Of a stretch of 64,000 bases of DNA, positions 53,362 to 64,000 are shown in pieces. Both the position numbers and the translations under genes were made by a program. Under the pieces are notes generated by a model. It was not told the origin of the DNA and ran no database searches. It was given only the letters and a program-made list of their open reading frames with translations. Numbering within the stretch: the stretch's first letter is position 1; the number at the start of each line of letters is the position of its first letter. The DNA comes from Trichinella spiralis (Eukaryota). Where the stretch lies: NCBI RefSeq assembly GCF_000181795.1, contig NW_003526945.1, forward strand, positions 5,740,943-5,804,942, in the 5' to 3' direction.

Positions 53362-56300
53362 CCGAGTGACTGACTGACTGATATATTTAATAAATAATTA
53401 ATAAGAATAATTTTAATATATTTAAGAGAATAATTTAATAATAATAATAAATTGATGAAAAAAAATATGATTGGAGAGCTCTGTTACTCACTGATTAGGT
53501 TGCAATTAGACGCTTCTTCAACTTTGTTGATGCTGTATTGCTTTTCATCTGTTGCAATTGAGATATTGTTCAGCATGTAAAGTCAAGCCGCAGGTTATTA
53601 TATAATCAATTTCAACGTTCATTTATATATCATTTGTTTAGTCATGCAAAGTTGGAAGAAAAATTCAATATCGAGACTTTTGAAAATTGTTCCAGCAACA
53701 GTCTTCATATATTATGGAAAATGAATTAATCTTCGCTGCTTATAGAAACAAGGGAAAAATTGTCAAACATGGAATGTTTCAAAAATTATGAAATTTTATT
53801 TTTCTATCAAATTTTGTTAAATAAAACTCATCTAAAAATTTTCAATTAAATTAGCAGAAAAGCAGGTGGATTAATCTAATCGACAAAAATAGTAAGAGAA
53901 ATATTTAAAAAAAAATATTCTACCTCCTTTCAGCAATGGGTTACAATATTTCCTGTAGTAATAATAATAATAATAATAATAATGATAATAACGTTCTCTC
54001 TTATTTCTATTTTAATGTACTTTAAAATGAAATAAAAGGACTTTATTAAAATTAAAAATGAAAAGAAAAAAAAATAATAAATGATTCCAGTAATTAGATA
54101 ATGTAAAATAAGCCAAATTTAAAAATATTTTCATATGATAAAGTAATGTAAATTAAATTAGTCACTGAAAAATACATTATTCATTTGAATGGAAATATAA
54201 AATTCAGAAAGTGAGGATTACAAAAAGTGAAATAAATTTATATGCAAAGTTTAAATTACCCTAAAAGTTGAACAACGCAATTTGCAATATTGCAGACGAG
54301 AGTAGCAAGTATGAAGTCAAATAGAATCGCAAGTTTTCCAGTTAAATACAAAACAAGCAGTTGTAAAAAATGAAAATTTAATTTTCAGAATTATGATTTC
54401 AATCATCGGCATCAATATGGAATCATTCATTCAAATAGAGTGATGCATGTTTAAAAATGGATTATTAATTTAAACCACTGTGTAAATTATACGTATGTGA
54501 TTATACGTAAGGCTGTGCAGTATTTACGTATTCACGTGCATAGTTCCCCAAACGGTTTGACCATATATAATACGAGAAAATAAAATAGAATAAAATTTTT
54601 TAAATAACCACTTTTTATTATTAAATGATTTCATACGATGATGAAATCTTTCATGCATCAGTGAATAAAAATTGTTGATGATGATATATCGGATGGAATA
54701 GCCATTTATCTTAGCAAATGCAAAAGCAAAGAGAAAAGAGTAGAATAGTTCGTGTCATGCTTAAACTTGACATGTCATTCAATTGAATATGAATAATTTA
54801 TTTAAGAATAATAGCTGCCGTTGATTTTGAGAAATAATTTATAAACCATCTATCCCAACTAGTCATCTGTTCTTGTGGAGATTTTTTTTTCTGGAAAAAA
54901 TATTGACCAAAAAATGATATTACTATGTAACAGCGATAAAGAAATAATAAGTAAGAAACTGAAATTGAATTCATTTTCTGTTCAATTAATATTTTTTCAT
55001 CATTATTTTGAATTCATCCTCATTATACAACAATACAAATTGATAAACGACATAAAATGCAAATTTTACACTTCTCATTATTAACTGTGGTAATATTGTG
55101 GTAAAAATAAAATGCATGTTTACGACATTTTCGCTCTTAGCGTAATTGGATTTTATTGTAGCATCCAATCACACAATCATCCTATTAAAGTCCTTTTTTT
55201 GATGCTTTATATTATTTCTTCATTTCGCTTTTTATACTGAATGAGTTGCATTATTTCCACATACTGGCTGTTACCAGGGTGAATAAATGGAAAAACGCAT
55301 CCTTTATACGGATGACAAATTTAAAATAAAATCCATTAATTCAAATCCAGTGTATGAATGTCAAAAGAAAGCTTTGCTTACATGTTAGTGAAGCCTGCAT
55401 TTTGTGACACTTTCATCTAATGATTCAACGAACGAATGAACGAAAACAAGCAATTTGAAATTCACCTCATCTCATCAACAGCATATTTTGTCTTTTTTTG
55501 TATTAATTTTGAATATTATTCAAAAGTTTTGCAAAAACTGAGACAAAAATATCATTGTGCTTCTTGTTCTCATTTACAAACATAGCTCAGCTAATCGAAG
55601 CGGCATATTTATAATAAAAACAATAAAAAAAGGTATTCTTTGAAATTAAAATCAAAATCTATTATTATTATTATTATAACTACTCTTTTTCTGATAAATC
55701 TAAATAATGAAGTCTTTTGGATATTTTGAAATAAAATCTCGTTAATCAGTCAAGTATATATATATATTAAGTAGATTAACTAACGTCAATGAACAAAATA
55801 AAAACAGCAAAGTGATTGAAATGCAAAGAAGATTTATGGAACAAAGAACTATAAAAAGCATAATATAAATCTTATTACTTTTTTGAATAAAAGTAATCTA
55901 TATAATATTTGAAAATTTGTGATGTTTCAATCTTAATTAATAATGAATTGTACCATTGAAATAACTTTTCATTATAACAAGGCATTGAAAATTATGCATG
56001 TCGGTTTTCAAGAAATGAATGAGAATGCACGACGGTGTAAACAAATCAGAAAAATAAAAAATTGAAATTTCAAACTTGTGTGCAATTAGTAGTAGTTTTT
56101 ATGCAAATGTAAATGCAAAACATTCAATAGTTAAAGTATGCTTTCAGCAGAAAAGCTGAAAAATAAAAAGTGCCTAATCACTGTCATTTGTCATTGGAAC
56201 AATGAAACAAATAACAAGCATCTACTTGCTGTCTTTCCTTTTTTTATGGCTAAACTTGCATCATCAGAATGTCCAAAGTTGCTTTTACAAAATTGAAAAA

Positions 56301-59300
56301 GGAAATCATTTATTTTCAACTTTTCAAATGGAAAATTGCTTACTTCAGTTAATTTCAAAAAAGAAAATTAAAACAAAGCAGTGACTGATTTCAATTTTGC
56401 TACTCATCCTGAGAAATGAAACAAAACAAGTACATCAATACACAACATATTTATCTTAATCATCATATTCATTAACAAATGACATTTTACTTTTTATACA
56501 TGTAAGAATTTATTTTAAAAATTATAATATCTACAAATTTAAGCTAATGTTGACAGTATATTACAGATGAGTGTAAAATGAACGAATTATCCGACCAATA
56601 TACCGGTAAACAAAGCAACATATTCATCTAATTTAAATTACATTTCAAGCATTGCTTCAAGCATTCATTCAAAGTATTTATTGTACAGTGATGTTGTACA
56701 ACGAGTAATATTGGAATTGTAAATTTCAATTCGAATACAGTGGCATTAAAACATTTATAATAACAACTGCTTACTTTTAAGTTTCAAAATTTGAATTCAG
56801 TAATATCCGTCTGGTTATTAAATGGAATCATTTTTTTCATAATTGCAAATTTGATAACACATTTTGCTTAAATTATTGCAATATTAATATTGGAAGGTTC
56901 ATTCTCAGGAGATGTTGCAGTATTAATGATCATTTCGATCGCGCAATGATAATTATTGAATAATAAAGGCACTGCTGAAGAGAACAAAAATCAATTTGCA
57001 AAGGTACAATCCACCAATCCAACGTACAAAGGTTTCACTTGATGTTTATGATTCAGATGATTCACTGACATTGGATTAGTAGATTTATCGTTAATTCAGA
57101 TCAACTAATTAATATGTGCACAACAATGAAACAACATTAAAATTTTTCACAATTCCAAGAAAATTCATTTCCGCTACTAATTTTACTTTTTCTTGATAAT
57201 ATCTCGTTGTTGGAAATTTTTTCAAAGTAAAAATTCAATTTCCAATCTAATAACATTCCATTGTTCAACGGACGTTGAAATGAATAATAAGAAGAAGAAG
57301 AAATTTGCATACCACCGATAAACTATTGAAAAAATGACAGCTGAAAAAAAACTGACATGCAGATGATGTCGAAGATCGAGTGAAGCGTACTTTGTATCAT
57401 CAATAATTCAACAGCCGCCATCAAATAAATATTTAAGCTGAAATCTCGCACACAATTCAGCAAAAGTTTTCAAACTTGCATTCGCTCATTTGTTAACTTT
57501 TTTATATTCTGAACAATATTTTGACATGCACTGCTTTTTGAATTGATTTGAATTTTTTCACTCTCTCTCTCATTGCTGCTATCCAACGCGTCCGAAGGGG
57601 TCGTTGAAAATCATTTCAATGCAAAATTGAATTCATCAAATTTGTCCCATTGAACTTTAGTAAATTTGAAAAAAAAATAAATAATTGAGAAAAATTTTTA
57701 ACTAGAAAACAAATTATTTATCAATTAATTGAAGGGTAGAAGTGTAAATTGAGATTCTTTCGCAAAAGATCCATTACAATTTTGCATATTCTCCATGTAT
57801 TTTTATTGAATCTTGAAAGCATTCACAGTAGAGCAATCGATAACTTTTGTGTATGCAAATTGAAAAAAAAACCAATCCTATCTATCAGTCGGTGTGATGA
57901 GAGTAAAGCAAAGGAAAAAAAATTGGAAAAAAGCATTAGCAAAAATGCATTTTGCTTGTTATTTGAAAAATTTTCGTAATTTCTACCAATTTTTCGTTGT
58001 TGATCATAGGCAAAACGAAATGGATGGAAAATTTTTTCAATGGACGACGATTCAGTGCAAGCATGTGAAAACAAGCGAGCTAATTTTCATTAGCCAATTT
58101 CCTCCCCCCCCCTCCCCCCTTCCCCCTCAATCTTACTTACCCTGCCAAAATGCCCGTCACACGACAACATCATTTCTAGATAATACAATCAAATAGAAAC
58201 ATCTTAATCTTGCTTTTTTTGCTGCTTTGAAATTTAACTTAACCACCTTGTCAAATTTTCAATAAAAAATGAAGAACAGCAGTACAGTTGAATTCATTAT
58301 TGAAATGTCAAAAAATACATATATACATATATATATATATATATGTATATATAGGAAATAATTTTTCCACGAGGGTGGATCAAAAATGATTATTTTCATT
58401 TGTCGTCAAATAAGTATGAAATTGACGTCAGCAGCTTTGTAAAAAAACATATCAAGAATAGAACTGCAATGGATGTTGTTGACAAGGATGTGGCCAGCTG
58501 ATAGCAATTCAAATTGCAAGCCAGACGTATAGATGCGTCTGCCATTGTCGTGCTAGGCATACCGGATGTTAGCCGGAAAAAAAGCCACTTGATGCATACT
58601 TTTGCGAAATTAGATGTGAAATTAAAATTTTTACGCTTCTTCTTATTCTTTTTGTTCAAACAGAAATTCTGTGGCATCATCTGAAAGTAGCAAAAAGTCG
58701 TTTTTTTTCCAATTTAATTGCACATGTTGAAAAGCATCGAAAGAAAAATTAACCAAAAATCAAAGTCTCAATGAGAGTGTCAGGTTGGATTTGTGTTTTG
58801 CAATCTTTTTCTTTTTCTTTTATTTTTTCACATTATCTCAAAGCATCCAACCAGCTAGCTGCTGTAAACAACAAACAATAAACAAGTCGTGGCAAATTAT
58901 TCAGGCTAATTTCAAGCTGAACAGTGGACAATATATATATATATTATTGACATAATCCAAAGCAAAGTGGACAAACAACACTTTAATATTCGACTTCAAC
59001 GTTCTCTGGTCGTCAGTGTTGAAAAGGATGAATAGAAATTGAAGGCAATGAATCACACACAAACACACAAATCGCTTGTCAGCCTTGCTCAGTGTTCAAT
59101 AAGATGTTTCGAAATGTGTTGAACGACCGGCTGTTGAAGACGAATCGTCAAGCACAAGCAGCCTCAAATGAACTTCATCCACAACGTGCCGACCATTCCA
59201 GTCGGCTATTTATGAAAATATAAAGTGAAGAAATGAAATTCAAATTTCCATTTCAGCAACAATATTGCACCACTTGTTGAGAAAGTGGTAATTGAAGAAG

Positions 59301-61422
59301 CAACAAGTGATTTTCCAACCACTGGGAACTTTTCCAAATGTATTCGACAACAAACAACGCCCATCCGCCCCCTACCCTAACTGATACGGAAATTTTGTCT
59401 CGCATCCTCCAAATCAACTCTCAATAATCAATATTTGAACAAAACTTTTTTACAAATTCTATTCAAAAATTAAAAATCTTATTGATTGTTGGATAAATTG
59501 CAACGACAAAAAAGAAAATACGCACGCTCACCACCACTGTTCGTCAGACAGATTGGGCAATTTCGATAGTGAAAAAATTTGCATAAAGTACTGCGGTTCA
59601 TTTTTACACAATTCGTGATCAAAATGAAACAATTGAAATTCAAACAGCGCAAATTAATATGGCAAAAACAGCTTTCTAACCTATCAGTCAGTGGAATTTG
59701 AATTAATAAATGAATTGTTTTTGTTTTTGAAAATTAAAATTCCAAATTCTCGTTCATCACATCAATACAGTACAAAGCAGAAAACGAAAAAAAAAAAGAA
59801 CATATACAACTCCTTTATGTTGTTGTTGTTGTTAAACAAATCATAATCGTAAAAAGAAAAGAGAAAAAAAAATTCAACTCTTACTTTTGTAGAAAAATTG
59901 TAGAATTGTTTGTCCGTTAAAAGTAATTTTCTTTTTTCTCATTTGCATCAACACGAATCCAGTTGGACATTTGTGACGTGAAATGTTGGAAATATTCCAC
60001 CACAACAGTACAAATAATAATAATAATAATGATGATGATGATTATGATGATAACGATAGAAAAATTATGATTATGATTATTCAATTTGAACGGAACAACA
60101 GGAAATTGAATCCAATCAAAATTTCACGCAGTTGTAACTTCAATTCATCATCAGCTTCAATTGAGAGAAAAAAAAGGCGAAGAAGAAAAAGAAATAGAAG
60201 AAGAAGACGAAGAACAGAAAGCAAATGAAACTTGCAAATCAATCGGCGAAAAACTTGTCAACAAAAATTAAGATCGTAAGAATTGTCATGCGTATGCAAA
60301 TTTTTCAATTTCCACTTCTACAGTAACGAGGTGAAAATTGTCGAACTCAAAAATTTTTTTTTGTCAATGTTAGAAAAAGTTTATTTGATTACTGAAATCA
60401 AATCAAATCAAATCAAATCAAATAAATAAAGATTTTTGTACTGTAAAATTCAAGTTCAGGGAAAAGAGAAGAAGAAATCAATTGAACAGACAGAACGAAT
60501 TGAATTGTTGGAATATTTTGCATATTTTTGCATAAAGAAGAAAAAGAAAATCACCAGAGTGGTAGATTAATTGCGCTCCAAGTAGCGACGCGTAAGCGAT
60601 TGGAAGTGGAAAAAAAAGTGACCCATTTAGTAGAAGAACAATTGTATTGTCCATTTCAAATTTAAAAAACTGACGTTTAATGTTTTTTTTCTTTTTCCGC
60701 TTTGATTTATAAGAAATTTTTTTTTCAAAACATGCTTCACTTACTTGTAATTTTTATGCAACTTTTGTCAACTGTTGTTGGTCGGTTTTGAACAAATAAA
60801 TAAATAAATACAGCTTGATCAAGTAAGTCAGAAGGCAGATGGATGGGAATGAAATTTGTTGAAAAGGCAAAATCAGTCACCCAAAGTGTCCCTGAATGTG
60901 ATGATAACAGACGAAGAGTAAGAGAGAAAGAGAGAGAGAAAGAAATTAGAATCAAAATGCCAACTTGCCAACGCCCTCTTTCGATTCTTGCTGCTTGTCC
61001 ACCAATTGTTAAGCAGCTTGAAGAGGCGCACGTTCAACACAACAACCCCGTACGAAAGCAGTATACTGCTTGGTGGCCGTCGATGAAATACACCGCATAC
61101 CATAGCTGTTGACGAACAAACCTCGACTCATTTACTCATCACAGACTATTTTTGTTATAATGAAATTCAAAAAAAAACCATTGACAATTTTGTGAAAAAT
61201 TTATTTCACATCAAAAATAGAATTGAAACATGTAAAATTTAAATATTTCAAATATCAACTTCATTTTCAACCTATACAACAACAAAAACAAAAAAATAAT
61301 TCATGCGCATCCGAATCCTGTTACGGTGATGTACAGGTGGAAATGTTTTTAAAAACAAAATATGGGATACGGTAAAAAATTTTAATTCAACTGAAAGTAT
61401 AATTCTGTGTCGTTTTGGTGAT

Positions 61423-61999
61423 TCAGACCCGTCGCAGTTTGCTGAACAAAGTTTCCACAATGCTGTCGAAGCGTATATCTCGGTTGGAATTGAAAATGAA
61501 CTGCCTCAACGGTTCGTGGATTGCCTGGTTCCACGGGGTAAAGCTGAAATTTTGGAAAAAACAAAAAAGTAAAAATATTCAACTGGTAAAAATCCGGTCT
61601 TCTGTACATACCGTATGCTGTGCTCGTCTTCGCTGGACAACAAGTCGAAAATTGCTTCACGACTTTGGCAAACGCAGTTTTTGACTTTCGCAAAAAATTC
61701 CTCTGGTTTCTCTTGTAACCTGAACGACAAAAAAATTATACATACACGGATTAATTTTAAAAAAAAAGGGGGGGGGGAACCAAAAAGCTACAACATGGAA
61801 AATGAAATCATTTGTAAATTATGCTAAATTCTATATATATATATATAGATATAGATATTAATATAGATATACTACTGGCGACAGATTTCTCCAGAGATGC
61901 AATTCTTGAAACGCAACGCACTGTGGTCGAATATTTCTTGGGCAAAATTGATCACATGATACACGTGAAGCTTGTCGGCCGAGCTGCAACGAGACAGAA
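61423..61999 (-). CDS. AKTIP: 3' exons of an AKTIP/FTS/crossbronx-like UEV protein; 5' exons not identified in the window
   Basis: Three phase-compatible exons (61999-61876, ~61719-61612, ~61543-61423): LHVYHVINFAQEIF...FFAKVKNCVCQSREAIFD...EDEHSIRFTPWNQAIHEPLRQ, matching the AKTIP C-terminal pattern (I.F.PW...H). Confidence 0.75.
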
Positions 62000-64000
62000 C
62001 TATTTTTATTATTGAATTTACAGCAACAGTTGCAAGTTGTGATCGATGAGTAAAAATAAACTTTCTCAACGGAGATCTCTAATCTGAAAACCTAATCTCC
62101 ACCCTCCTGCCACGCCTTCATCCTTCAACTTCCCCGCCCACCTACACCGACTGACACACCAGTGTACGGCACAGGAAAGAAATCAACAAATTTATATTCA
62201 ATTTAAATTCATTGTAGTCGATTGCATCTCAAAGTGACTCTCAAAAAGCAACAAGAGTCCAATTATACTACTGCATTCGCTTGTAAATGAAAAAAAATAA
62301 TAAGAAACAACACTCTACCAAAATTATAATAAATTACTAATAATAATAAAACATAATCGCAATTGAATTCACTTTTTGAAATTGAAAATTTTTTCAAAAT
62401 CAAGCAACTAATAATTACGTAACTTTTTCACAAACGATAACCACGCATACGCAAAGTAATCAATGGAATCAAATAATTATTTGATTAACAACAACACCAG
62501 TATAAAATTCTTGTAAAATAATAATAATATTCATCATCATTTCTCTAATAAATAACACCGTCTTTTATTTGTAAAAACTAATAAAACTGAATAGGAAAAT
62601 GAATTTTCAAAAACATCATTTTGTCAATAAAATGAATACCAATCGCATGTTGCAATTGTTGTTTTATACAACGGATATTATTTATCTATTTTCATTGATC
62701 AATCGAACATTCCATTTTAATAAGACACATGCTTTAAAGAAAGCAGTCGATATTTCACATGAACAGCAACAATAAAACAAAGCAATGAAACAATCACGGT
62801 CGAACAACAACAACAACAACAACAACAATACATTGCTAATATTCGTAAATTAAATTAATCAAACTGTCATTTATTTTTATTCCCATATTCTCTTCAGACG
62901 TTTCCAACAAAATTATTCAATAATCCATTTCAGTTTGCAGATCGCTTTTGCATTATATACAAAATAAACCGTTTCAATTCAATCATTCCATTTCTGAAAG
63001 AATGGACAATTGCCGTTCGCTCGCATGCTGTCAACTAACAGCCATTAGCGTATATTATTAATTTAGCAGTTATCCTTTGATGCATCGAAAGTGGGCCCCA
63101 AAAAAAAAGAATTGAACCAATAAATCTTTTTAATAAACTAATTCTTATTTGAAAAGTTAATAAAAAGAAAAATAAACCAATCCATTAATTGACATTTTCA
63201 CACTGAACTAAAAATCTATTATACAAATTACAGTTGAACAACAGCACAATCCAACTTACTGTAAAACAGACTTTCCATTTGCAAAGTTGGTTAATTTTCG
63301 TATAAAAAAAATCACTTAATAATATTGGAATTCAATACTGACATTATCATAAGTTTGTTAAACAATTTTTAATTTTCCAATGCAACAAAAAATTTCAATT
63401 CTGTCATGTGAATAACATTTCATTTATTAAATTATAAATAAATTTCATAACTACCATTAAAATATATTAAATAATAATAAAGTTTTAAATGTCGAAAACA
63501 CATTTGTATATGTGCTTGAGCGTGTGCGTAAAAGCCAATCTGCTTACCATAGATGAAAAGCAATTTAACCTTTATAAATATAAGCAAATCGTATAATAAA
63601 AGTAATTGCCAAAATCTAAGCTATAAAATGAACACCAGAAGCACTTCAGTACAAAATTTAATTATTGCCCAACAGAGAATAACGCACAGCAATAGACTTA
63701 CCAGTAAATCGAATATTCTCTTTTGAGTAACGCAATAATGTTGTGAACTTAGCTTTGTGTTCGCAGTTATTGACAAAATTGAAACTGAAACAAACCTTGA
63801 CCGTAATACTACATTCTACTGATATAATCATTGTAGCATTGCATTGTATCGTCATTAATTCCACTTTCATCTTATAAAATCTCGATTTTCAAACGCACTT
63901 GATACAATTTCATTCGCTAAACAAGACAAGACAAAACCAAAACAGCTCACATGAAATTGCACATTTCACAGCAAATACAATAACTGATGAACATTTCAGC

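Noticed and set aside
60843..61112. Overlapping short ORFs on both strands
   Set aside because: No family signal; partly simple AG repeat.
63658..63870. Upstream exons of the AKTIP-like gene
   Set aside because: Translations do not resemble the UEV N-terminal region.

Overview
This is AT-rich eukaryotic DNA with many short GT-AG introns, from a draft assembly with four N gaps. A nematode such as Trichinella is my inference, not shown directly. Conserved genes recognised by hand-splicing: RAD54 (-), a TRH-receptor-like GPCR (-) and the 3' part of an AKTIP/FTS gene (-). Strongly diverged homologues: USP8 (rhodanese+USP), a FERM protein, SPEN (three RRMs, no SPOC seen) and ACTL6/Arp4. The first 23 kb holds a family of single-C2H2-finger genes growing by exon duplication: an array of 135-bp phase-0 exons, a 21-bp coding minisatellite and a 5-exon tandem duplication with splice-site turnover. 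Mobile DNA: two nested solo LTRs with target-site duplications, a TA-flanked MITE, and decayed integrase-like and mariner-like fragments. No tRNA, rRNA or CRISPR was recognised. All homology calls are from recalled motifs; no searches were run.
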